64,000 nucleotides of DNA from the NCBI GenBank assembly GCA_951406725.2, contig OX597818.1, positions 6,386,001 through 6,450,000 on the forward strand, given 5' to 3'. The translations under genes and the position numbers were made by a program. The notes under the pieces were generated by a model. The model saw only the letters and a list, made by a program, of their open reading frames with translations. It made no database searches and was not told the DNA's origin. Below are positions 13,086-25,034 of the stretch, piece by piece; the first letter of the stretch is position 1; each line of letters begins with the position of its first letter. The stretch is from Octopus vulgaris (lineage: Eukaryota).

Positions 13086-13628
13086 GAAGAGAAAGACGGA
13101 GGAAAAAATAGCCAACAATCCACAGGTAGTTATATGAATAAATACACGCGCATACATGCACACACATATATACACCTACCACTGCGTCATCCATTTTTTT
13201 AACAGTCGTTAGTACATATTTAAATATATGCAAGTTCAAAGTGTTTAAATGAGCGTGGGGATCTAAACACAAGCGCGTACAGAAGCATATATATATCGCA
13301 TACTGATGTGTGTGTTTGTGAGCGTGCCTATACGAAAATGTGTGTATATACGTATGTGTGTGCTTGCCTGCAGGTGTGTATGTGTCTCTGAGTTCTTAGT
13401 GAGCCTCTTTCTTCCAAGGAATCTAATGCGCTTGGCTTAGATTTTCCTTTGGGGTTGGCCAGATCGGAGCAATCTCAAGATTAATCAGCCGAAATTGCGA
13501 AGATGATCCGGTTCTTGACTGAATATTGAAGGCTTCGAATGTCCCGTCCGTGTTTTTTGTATCGTCTTCTAAATGTTTTGCGTTCTTGTCCCAGTTTGTA
13601 TTTTTCTACATATACATATATATATATA

Positions 13629-14070
13629 TCATCATCATCATCATCATCATCATCGTTTAACGTCCGTTTTCCGCGCTAGCACGGGTTGGACGGTTCGACC
13701 GGGGTCTGGGAAGCCAGGGGCTGCACCAGGCTCCAGTCTGATCTGGCAGTGTTTCTACAGCTGGATGCCCTTCCTAACGCCAACCACTCCGCGAGTGTAG
13801 TGGGTGCTTTTTACGTGCACCTGCACATGTGCCGGGGGGAGGGTCTGGCATCGGCCACGTTCGGATGGTGCTTTTTATGTGCCACCGGCACAAGCCAGTC
13901 GAGGCGGCGTTGGCATCGGCCACGTTCGGATGGTGCTTTTTATGTGCCACCGGCACAGAAGGCAGTCGAGGCGGCGCTGGCAACAGTCACGTTCGGATGG
14001 TGCTTTTTATGTGCCACCGGCACAGGTATCCCAACTACTATTTCCATTGATATTTGTTTCGATGTTCATG
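13629..14070 (-). mobile_element. GC-rich SINE/LINE-3'-end retroposon with (ATG)n tail and internal 65-67 bp tandem repeats
   Basis: (CAT)n at 13629-13653, then CGTTTAACGTCCGTTTTCC...GGATGCCCTTCCTAACGCCAAC. Three TGGCATCGGCCACGTTCGGATGGTGCTTTTTATGTGCCACCGGCAC-type units start at 13846, 13911 and 13978. Confidence 0.7.
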
Positions 14071-14211
14071 TACATATATATATATATATATATATATTCC
14101 AACATATAAGAGATGACCATAATAGGACTCACTAGAAAGAGCAGTTAAACTCCAAACCTCTAATAGTTGTAATTTTGAAATGGAAAGAGAAATAAAAACG
14201 TTCACCCTATC

Positions 14212-14295
14212 CTTTCTGGACTATGCATAGTTTCGGCAAACTTTTGTAAATAAAATAAACTTATTTACGATTGGCGTTGCCTCTTCAGCAGAAAG
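14212..14295 (-). ncRNA. Type I hammerhead ribozyme, complete core
   Basis: Minus strand reads CUUUCUG-CUGAAGA-GGCAA(...GUAAAUAA/UUAUUUAC hairpin...)UUGCC-GAAA-CUAUGCAUAG-UC|CAGAAAG. It has a 7-bp stem I, a G-C closed stem II, palindromic stem III ACUAUGCAUAGU and a GUC cleavage triplet (cut between 14219 and 14218). Confidence 0.88.
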
Positions 14296-14438
14296 CCAAG
14301 GCTAGCATATAGGCACGAGGCGATAAGGCCCTTTAGCAACCACACACCCTGATGGCTACCATTAATTTCATGCGACGACAGACAAGGCGGATGTTATTGA
14401 AGTCGTGAATTTCAAACTTACGGAGACATTATGTACAT

Positions 14439-14544
14439 ATCACCTGATGAGACACAACTAGATCTCGTATTGCAAGGGAACAGTTGCATAATCAAGTACC
14501 TGCACTCCTGGAGAACAACGTTACGTGGAGACAATTGTAAGGAT
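14439..14544 (+). ncRNA. Decayed type I hammerhead with long stem II insertion
   Basis: AUCAC-CUGAUGA-GACAC...(~70 nt)...GUG-GAGA-CAAUUG-UA|AGGAU, with palindromic stem III ACAAUUGU. GAAA is mutated to GAGA and stem I is imperfect. AATAAA lies 5 nt downstream. Confidence 0.5.
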
Positions 14545-15072
14545 TAAAAAATAAATGTCCTACAGTGCCCCTACTTTTTGACTTCAAGTTTTTGAATGAT
14601 GTATTCATATTCGATAGATGCCCAAACGCAAACCTGGAAGTGCGTATAATTCTCCTACTGGACTGTACAAGGTAAATCTGATACTAGACGAGCTTTATAC
14701 TGTACCCTAGTACATTCTTAACAGAATATATCATAATTATACACACACACACACACACACGCACACACACACATACACACTTATGCTTGTGTGTATATTT
14801 CTACGCATGTATGTGTATGTATGCATGTGTCCATTTTTGGCTGGGGTATGAGGAGGAGTAATTATATTAAAAAAACTAGCTGAAACATCCGGTGATATCC
14901 AAATTCCAAACATATGCAAGTTCAGTTCTAAAAAGAGTTGTACACAAATTCAAACCATTTTGATCCTTTTTCAGTTTCGGCTTAAACATAATCCTTACCC
15001 TAACTAAAAATTGTAATCCTAATAGCTAACACGAAACACTAAAGAGCGTGAAAAATTGTGTGTATGTGTATT

Positions 15073-15112
<40 letters not shown>

Positions 15113-16959
15113 TGGTGGTGCGAGAAGGAACGTTATATGAAACACGTGTGTGGAGGGAGAGAGAAGGAGAGAGAGAGTGATGAGAAAAAGAATGAATTTG
15201 GTTTAATCTCAAGTATAGTTATTTTAGCATCAAGTTACTTCTATTCCTGTGCGTCATGTCATAATTGTATGTGTGTACATGTTAATAGAATAAAACTATG
15301 ATCTAAATCTTTCCTTTTCTTTAACTTTTTAGCGTGTGACATACATGTATGCATACATACATACGTACACGCAAACTTTGTTTTCATTAGTTATGGTCTG
15401 TCTTCCACGACTTGGCTTGTAAAATTATTGAAAGCACGCGCATTTGTATCCTTGGATAACATTTGTATTAACGTTGCCATCCGATTATCACTCCATATTT
15501 GTCATTTATACAACTCTGTTCTCCTTTTTCCAGATATCAGTCACTTTACCTACGCCATCTCATTCCCTCACACTAACACTCTTGCACCCTTCTCATTTTA
15601 TTCAAAAATAGTCCACCCCACTATTACAATTTTATAAGTTATAAGATACATGTCCTTTTACGTAATGTTTCTCTTTTTTACGAAGTGTATATTAAGGTTT
15701 GTGATTCAGAATCTTCAGGATTAGTGACGACTTTCATATCTAATTTTGAAAATCAAAGGTGCAGTTTTAAGCAGACATTTTTGAACAAATTGTTTCGACT
15801 TCTTTGAGGATTGTTCTATTGTTGATACACAGCGCAACCTTATATTTTGTTTAGACAAAAATAGGAAATTCATTAGATTGTGTAACTGGATATTCATGAC
15901 ATTATGAAGACATATAATTTCGTAGAAATGTATAGGCACCGTAATTTCCAGACTACTTTCTCTATGGTTAGTATCAGTATTATGTCAACGATTTTCAGTA
16001 AAACATAATAAGGCGAATTTCTGTTTTGCTTTGTAACTTTCTAGCAGTTACGTGTCAGCAAATGTTGAGGTGATTCTTAACGCCCCCATTTGTATTTCTA
16101 CGAAATATAACGATCACCAATTACAAAATATTAACATATTTTCAGTATATTATGTTTCTTGCAGTTGATTCCCATGATGAATACATTAAGTGCCGCTAGA
16201 ATTTTTTACATCCCGTCACATAACCCTAATCTCGAAATCTCGAACTATTCAGTCGATATTGGTTTTTAAAACTTGCTTACTTTCCATCTTTTGACTCATA
16301 CGGTTTAAGACTCATCTTCACAGAATTGTGGAATTTCGAGTGTTTTGTCTTCTATTTCTAATACTGCCGGTCACCTTGCTATCTAAAACTGTTACGTATG
16401 TATAGTTAGTTACCACTTTGCAATTTGTCATTTTCTTATATACTCAGAAAAGTTGTTTCTTCTCTTATTTCCTTATTATACTTATCGCAAATCTTAGCTG
16501 GTTTCTGTATATTTTCTTCTAGTCCTACTCTTAAAATATTGTAGTAGCCGTCTATTAGTATCAGAAACCCACTTTCATTTTGCGCAGAGTAAAATTGATT
16601 ATCTATATTAGTTTTGATTTGGCGGCTCCGGAATACAATAAGTAGTTTCCGGTAGTTTTCAGTCTAATCACACCAGTTCGCTTAACCTTATTATGATAAA
16701 GCTGAATCGTGTAAGAGGAATGGGTAATATATTCGTACCTATCATCTTTTTCTCCCATTCTGTTTAGTTTTTAATATTATTCTGACTCTTCTCTGGTACT
16801 CATTCATAATTATCTCCATTTTAGTACACAGTACTATCAGCTTCATCTATAACTTTGTAGTTGCATGGGTAATTCTAGTCTAATATTATGATTTCGGCGT
16901 CCGTAATCTAATGCAATATTCTTAGATTCAATTAGCATAGTTTATTACGTTATTTCTGA

Positions 16960-17370
<411 letters not shown>

Positions 17371-19001
17371 ACTAATAATTTCATTTATAAAAGTAGTAGA
17401 ATTGACACTGAGGTTGATTTTTGTTGTTATTAGAATCAGCTGCATTTCAGAAATTATATATGCCTGAAGGAAAATGGACGGAAGGTAGAAGACAAATGAA
17501 TAGCGGTTAATCAATAAAGTATCTTTAGAAAGAAAAGAGAGAAGAGAAAGTGTTGTTAGGACGTTGCAAAATCTAAAATAAGCTGATAAAGAAACAAACA
17601 AGAGAAAAAGTTAGGGAGACAGATATCGAAATAGAAACAAAGTCAGAGACAGAGCAGGTGTTTCAGACAGAAAATGCTAAAGATGTGTGTGTGAGAAATG
17701 CAGGATTGTATTTTAAAGAAGTATAACAAAAAGAAATATCAATGGAAGTATAAACGAGAAAGAATTAATGCGATAGAGAGTAACACAAAAAAGAAGTGTG
17801 AGTTAGTTTAAAGAGGGAGTAAGTTAAATTAAAAGTGGAAAAGAAAAACTTATAAATACTCATTTCACACACACACACATACACACACATAATATATATA
17901 TATATATTCGTCTGCATACACGTGGAATCCACACTCGTGTGTGTATATACATTCATGTGCATACACATACATGCATCTATCTATCATCTATCTATCTGTC
18001 TATCTGTGTGTTTATACATTTATCTATCCACCTATCTCCTTCTTTGCATATATATGTGTGTGTGTGTGTGTATGTACGTCCGCACAAGAGGTATTCAGGG
18101 ACACTGTGTTGTGTGTGTGTGTGTATAAATTGTATTTGCATGCGTATGTCAGAGTATACACGTCCATAGTACGAGCAAATGAGGTTGGGTAAAAAGTGGT
18201 GAAATCATTTTAATTGGAATCACAGTGTTCTAGAAGAGAACAGAACATACTTGAAGCAGAATTGAAATGAAATTTTAAAAAATACATAAAAGGTGTGAAT
18301 AAAAAATATCTACGCCAATATTTTGTATTTGCTTTATTTTCCCAGCGCTCTGACCAAAGCAGTTCAGTTAATGGCTGACAACTTTCAAACACGTCGAAAA
18401 ATCGTCATGCTCGTTTCTCTTGCATTTAGATGGGGGCATCGAAGAAAATATGTAAAAGTTAAAAAACATAGAATACGCATCGAATATATATTAAAATCAA
18501 TTTACATAAAAAGAAATAAAATGAAATATGAACTATGATATAAGTATATCTTAAAAAAAGCATTTACATCCAATTTGAAGTGGTGACGGGAGCGTTCGAT
18601 ATTCGCAATACGAAGGCCTGAAATGCCGAATAACATCACGTATGTGCAAACAATATAAAAAAAATTACCATCTACAAACAACCCAAAATGTGCTAAAAAA
18701 ATTAAAAATATTTTAACAAAATATCTTCAAATTGCAAATTGTTTGTTGAGGAAGCATAGATTTTGAGGTTCTGCGTGTATGCCGGATAAACATAAATGAT
18801 TTTAAGTATAAATGGGAGTATGACTGCAGGCGTATAAGGCATAGTGCGAGGCTCATTAAATTTGCTTAATTGGTAAAGGAATAAATAGATATATAATAGT
18901 CGTGTGTAGCGCGCGCTTGTAAAATCATCGATATATCTTTGTATATGTACGTTAACGTGTATTCATGTATGTATGCATCTATGTATATGTGTATATGTAT
19001 G

Positions 19002-19057
<56 letters not shown>

Positions 19058-19535
19058 AAAATGTTTAGAACATATATGTATATATATATCTATATATATA
19101 TATATATATATATATATCTATATATATATATATATATATACATTCATATAAGTAAAAATGTTTAGAACACACATATATATATATATATATATGCATACAT
19201 TAATGTACATATATACGTATATAGATGTATACATACATTAATATATATACACACACACATATATACAAATATATGCATACACTAGAGTATAGATATATAC
19301 AGTTACCCTATATATCATATATGTAGAAGGAGAGAGAGAAAGATAGCCAGAGTACAAAAATGAGGTGAGAGCGCTAAGAGAATTCGAAAGAGATATATAT
19401 ATATATACTTTATGCCTCTAGGTTTCGTGCCTGCTAATGTGACTTATAACAATATAAAATACATAAATTCTTACAACCATGCGTTCAAAATCTCATACGC
19501 ACATGCACATACATACGCACACACACGCACACACA

Positions 19536-19590
<55 letters not shown>

Positions 19591-20558
19591 ACACAAATAT
19601 GTTGGGATATTCTCATCCAAAAGAAATTGATATAGTAGAATTCGTATCTGATTAGGAATGGTGTCGAAGAGAAACTCAAATCATTTAATGTGAAATTAAA
19701 TACGCTAATTAGTGGCAATGTTTCCATAAATATTATGATTATTTAATGTGGAGTTTATTGTATTTCATTTTGTTAATTTTATATTTGATGCTGTTCGTTT
19801 TCTTTAATTAAATATTGTTTTAATTTCCGCTTCCTTTTGTGTGTCATACTACATACCATTTAATCAATGTCTCTGTCGACACAATTATGAACGACTATTG
19901 TCATCATCATAATGTTCTTCGTCTCCTTAATGAACATCGTTGTTATTCTCTTCATCATCATATTCATTTTCATCTCTATCATCATCATCGACGCCGTCGT
20001 TGTCATCACCATCATTATTATCATCATCATCATTATAACCACATACGCCATCGGACGTACATTTACTACTGGTACTGCCGTTGTTGCTCCTACCACTGCT
20101 GCTACAACTACAAATAGTATTGATATTAATTGCAGTAGCAACAGAAACAGCATGAATATACATACGTACCAAATCTTCCGGAGCGTATGAATGTTTAATT
20201 ATTTTCAATATGGTGTGTAGTTTTATCCTCTACACACTAACTCCAGTTACAGCGAGACCAATTTAACTTTAGTGCACAATCCGCTTCTGTTATACCAGTT
20301 CCGTCAACACATGTTAATTTTCTTATAATATATTTTAATATATTCATCTCTTCTTCAGTGATTTATTTGCGGTGTATTCTCTTAAGTCAGTTTTGAAATT
20401 TAAATAAATTCTTTAAGTTCTACTTAGTTTATATTTTGGACTACTTTATTGGATTACACTAAAACACGTAATTGCGAACACATCAGATGTACAATTTACT
20501 TACTTTTTCCAACAATGTTTCATTACAGTTGATATAAACACACTCAGTCTAATATATT

Positions 20559-22139
20559 GGAGCGTGTCCAGTCAATTCGTCGACGGCAATTTGTCGTCAT
20601 TTAATTTGTCCCCAGTCAATTCGTCGTTGGCAAATTCGTCCCCAGGTCAAGTCTTCGTTAGTAAATTCTTCGAGATCATAGGAAAAATGGGAGAACGAAT
20701 GTCTGAATTTAAAAAAAAAACTGTTTTTAAGTTTGCTGTATTACATATTTATGCCGCCTCCTTTGTCTTCTTCTTGGCGGTCCTATGCAATTATTTTCAA
20801 TATAGGATACAATTGACTGTGGAATATCATCTACAAGTTGTTCATATCCATCTACAACATCATCAACCGGCAGGAGGGAAGAACAACAACACACCGCATG
20901 TTTAGACTAAAACTGTCATTTTCGTGATATCTGCATTTTAGGCCTACTTACCCAACATGCTTGTACACATTTTGTCCTAAATGAAGCAAGCAGTATGCCA
21001 AATCCGTCCCAGGAAACGATTCTAGAAATCTGTTATAGGCTACTTTTTGGAAATCTATAATTATATTATCAAGTCCTTCATTCTACAGTAATTCATTTAT
21101 TTTGGCAAAAAGTCTACTATATGTGTCTTGACATTTGTCACAGAGCAATGCAATCAATCGTGGGACATTAAAATTATCAATTTGAATAGGAAGACTATAT
21201 AACTAAAAAAATATACTAGAGCTGCACTTAAACGTTCCATCTGTCGCCTAGTTATTGTTCTGTTTTAAATGTCGAAGTGCTTCGTCACTTGCAAATATTA
21301 GTATTCGTTTTGAATTTTCTATCCCGCTGTCGTACTGTAGAAAAGTTTCATCATTGTCAAGGGTGAAGTATTTACTTGGAATGGAAAACCCAACATTTGT
21401 AAGTGGAGTGGCAGGATAGTTGGTATCAGCTTGTCTCCAACGTCTAATATTCCTATTAAGCTGCGGTAATGTGAGGTCGTTTAAATTCTGAACTTCACTA
21501 GCAATAATTGAGCGAGGGCCATCACAAGATGAAATAGACGTTACTTTAATATTTGAAAATATTATCCTTGTATTTACCTCTGCAGCAGCTGAAGCGTGAA
21601 TACGGATCCCTGTCTTTTTAGGCTCATTATAATTTTCATCTGTATAAAGTCCCGCCTTTCACACACAATTTTCGGACCTCCATTATATGTTCAATCCATC
21701 TGCATTCTGCTTCTTTTTTGTGTATATATAATTTTCTTACTCGACCACTTTGATTTTTCCCTTCTCTGAAATTATGGTCTAGCAGGTAGTCATGCTGATG
21801 GGTAGGCATATTGAATAAATCTAATTCGATTTACTTGAAAATCTTTGTTCGTAAACTCTTCAGAGTAGATACTTAAGAGAGATAGATAGATAGAGAGAGA
21901 GAGAAAGAGGAAAGAGAGAGAGAGGTTAAATAAAGGAAAAAAATATATCTAAAACTGTCCAACGACAATTTTGATTCTAATGTGTTTGCTCTAAACTTTC
22001 CTTCGAAAAATCACATTTAAAAGTATTTTGGGAGGCATTGGCCTGCGACGAATTGACTTGGGGATGAATTTATGAACAATGAATTGACCGGGGACAAATT
22101 ACAGATGTCTAAATAACCGGGGCAAATTGTCCTAGCGCC
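20559..22139 (-). mobile_element. Mutator-like (MULE) DNA transposon with tandem-repeat TIRs
   Basis: The left end has repeated CAATTCGTC/AATTTGTCCCC units and the right end has their complements (GACGAATTG, GGGGACAAATT). A transposase pseudogene lies inside. No TSD could be resolved. Confidence 0.85.
20760..21793 (-). pseudogene. FLYWCH + MULE DDE transposase pseudogene
   Basis: From ATG 21793, one frame gives SEKGKIKV..NYIYTKK..NI*WRSENC (FLYWCH-like), FLQYDSG, RILIFAS, *ATDGTFK, IIIDFQ and CLLHLGQNVYKH. It has several in-frame stops and is absent from the ORF track. Confidence 0.85.
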
Positions 22140-22848
22140 TATTCGAGTAATATTGGTATACTCAATGAATGCACAGACTAAAATCCAAACTGCTATCCCC
22201 GGTTACATATTGAAAGCCAAGTAATAAACTATCATTGTGAATTTATTTTTATAAATAGTTGGTTTAGATAATTCTTCTTTTGGTACGTTGGTAAGATATC
22301 ACTCTTTGTCAGACGACCATTTTAGACGTTGTTGGAAATGTATATCATGCTTCATACATTTTGATAAATATGTTACCATTCTGTATATTTTTCCCTCGTT
22401 TTTCATAATTATATTGGTCCATGAAGGATTGTAATTTTTCGTTGCATTCAACAGTGATACTTACTTTGAAATTTACCATCTAAATGGCTGAAAAATTCAT
22501 CGCTTGTTATCTGTTCTTGATTCTCCGCCAAGTGTTCGTTCTGTTAAAGTTTCAATTCAATTTCTTGATTTTAGCGGTACATTTAGAATCGCACCTTCTT
22601 ATATGTGCTAGATGGTTGAAATCCAAAATTATTTTGAGATACATGTAATTGTATCTCTAGTTTTTAGAGAAATATGTCTTCCATTTATTCTTTTACATAT
22701 AGGAGTAAATTCCGGTCGTTTATTTCTATTGGCATACATTTCGTCGCGCACGGAAACGTTTGTTACATTTATTCCTGGTGAAATTTCAATATGGTTGCAA
22801 GCACTCCAACAACAGACGCATCCCACCATCCTAAGGATATGTATTTGT

Positions 22849-22891
22849 GTGTATTTATGTGTGTGCGTGCATGTATGCATGTGTGTATTTA

Positions 22892-22946
<55 letters not shown>

Positions 22947-23076
22947 TACATAAAGATTTGTGTGACTACAAATGTCTGTTTTTGTGGGTATGCGTGTGTA
23001 GTCATATACATATATGTACGTATTTATGCATGTGTGTATTTATGTGTGTGCGTGCATGTATGCATGTGTGTATTTA

Positions 23077-23133
<57 letters not shown>

Positions 23134-23218
23134 TACATAAAGATTTGTGTGACTACAAATGTCTGTTTTTGTGGGTATGCGTGTGTAGTCATATACATAT
23201 ATGTACGTATTTATGCAC
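22849..23218. repeat. ~185-bp tandem duplication including (CA)n(TA)n
   Basis: TTCATACATAAAGATTTGTGTGACTACAAATGTCTGTTTTTGTGGGTATGCGTGTGTAGTC occurs identically twice. Confidence 0.9.
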
Positions 23219-23227
23219 ATACAGGTA

Positions 23228-23575
23228 CAGGCGTGGCTTTGCAAGAAGAAGCTTGTTTCCCAATCACATGGTTCATGGTTCAGTCCCACTGCGTAGGCAC
23301 GGGCTGATCAAAGCTTTGAGAGTGGATTTGGTAGAGAGGAACTGAGAGAAGCCCGTCGTGTATATGTATGTGCGTATTTGTGTGTGTGTGTGTGCGTGTG
23401 TGTGCGTGTCGTGTCTATCCCCATCGCTTCACAACCGGTGCTGGTGTGTTTACGTTCCCGTAACTTAGATATTCGTCAAAACAGACCAAACTTTAAAAGG
23501 ATAAGTCCTAGGATCGATACATTCGACTAAAAATTCTTTAAGATGGCTACAGTCCAATAACTGAAACAAGTAAAA
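23228..23575 (+). mobile_element. tRNA-head SINE with internal (GT)n
   Basis: GGCGTGGC...GGTTCAGTCCCAC (B-box-like) head; the 3' part is shared with 12380, 12910 and 33700-34665. Confidence 0.7.
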
Positions 23576-23764
23576 AATCATTCTAAAAATTATACAAACC
23601 TGCACTCAAAACTTCTAATCTAACTTACCTAAATCCCTATAACTGAATTGGTTGTTCTATTATCAGAAAGTCATCAAATATCGAAATTATTCGTTAGTAT
23701 GGGTCATTTTCGAAAGTGCTCACAAAAACTATTACTATTTTTCGTCTACGAATACTGTAAGCTA

Positions 23765-25034
23765 CGAGGGGCGTTCAATAAGTAATGCCCCTGACCCACT
23801 TCCCATAGCAGCAGAGCAACGACACTTGGCACAGTTATTAGTATTTTCCTACATAGGAACTACCCAGAGTTATGCATTTCTCCCATCGTTTGATACAGCT
23901 CTGGAGACCGTTTTTGTAGAAGACCCCAGCTTGGTCCTCCAACCACGACGTGACTTCAGAAATCAAGGCTGCATCATCTGGGAAACGCTTTCCTTTCAAA
24001 ATCAACTTCATGGCTGGGAAGAGGTGAAAATCAAAGGGTGCAAGGGGAGGAGTTCATAGCTGCACGCCTGTGCTTCTGATCTGGCGACACGTGAGTTGTG
24101 GACTGGAGCGTTGTCCTGCAGGAGGAGGATGCCTTTGCTGATCTTGCCCCGCCTCTTGATTTTGATAGCTTCTTTTAATTTCCTCAAAAGTGAAGCATAA
24201 TAGGCTCCTGTAATTGTGGTACCCTTTGCCAGGAAATCTGTCATCACTACTCCGTCCTGGTCCCAGAAGACTGTGAGCATAACCTTGTCAGCGGAGGGCT
24301 GCACCCTTGCCTTCTTTGGAGGAGGTGAGTCACGGTGCTTTCACTGCATTGACTGGGTTTTGGTCTATGGTTCATAGTGATGGACCCAGGTTTTATCCTG
24401 TGTGATCAGTCTTTTGAAAACTTTTGACTCATCTTCTTGGCACATCTCCAAATTCATCCTCAAGCACTCAACGCGTTCTTGCTTCTGGAAAGGTGTGAGC
24501 AACCTGGAAATCCATCTGGCAGACACCTTTTGCATATGCAAATGGTCATGAATGATAGTTTCCACAGACCCGGTACTAATCTTGACCTTATGGGCTATTT
24601 GGCGAATAGTTATGCGTTGACCTTCCAAAATGGCAGCTTGAACTTGACGGACAGACGTCTCATCAACGGCAGAAGGGGGCGACCAGATCTGGGAGCTGTT
24701 TCCACAGAGTTCCGACTATGTTTGAATTCACGATGCCAGCGTTTTACAAGGTCATATGATGGGGCATCATCACCATAAGTTACTTTCATTTCATCAAAAG
24801 TCTCCCGTGGTGTGCGTCCTTTCAAATACAAGAACCAGATCACTGCTCGACACTCAACAGGCTCCATTTCACACTTGACTCAGTTCAAACACCTGTAAAT
24901 TAGAAACCACAATTAGTTCAGAGCTGTAATTCGCCACTTAATCTATAGAGGTATAAATAATTGCACATGCTAAACTTCAGCTAGATCAAACAACTTCAAG
25001 TGGGTCAGGGGCATTACTTATTGAACGCCCCTCG
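23765..25034 (-). mobile_element. Full-length mariner, copy 2 of the family at 1186-2533
   Basis: TA TSDs at 23763-64 and 25035-36. Perfect TIR CGAGGGGCGTTCAATAAGTAATGCCCCTGACCCACTT. Transposase pieces span 24867-23830. Confidence 0.96.

Noticed and set aside
13439-13509. Hammerhead-like layout (GGUUGG/UCAGCC stem followed by GAAA)
   Set aside because: The CUGANGA core is absent (CUUUGG) and there is no clear stem III or cleavage triplet; at most a relic.
13846-14025. CRISPR-like repeat-spacer appearance
   Set aside because: Linkers are near-identical rather than unique, the context is a eukaryotic retroposon, and there are no cas genes.
21830-21870. Minus-strand CUGAAGA...GAAC motif
   Set aside because: GAAC instead of GAAA, and stem I is mismatched.
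23228-23300. tRNA gene
   Set aside because: Only a degenerate A/B-box SINE head; no cloverleaf.
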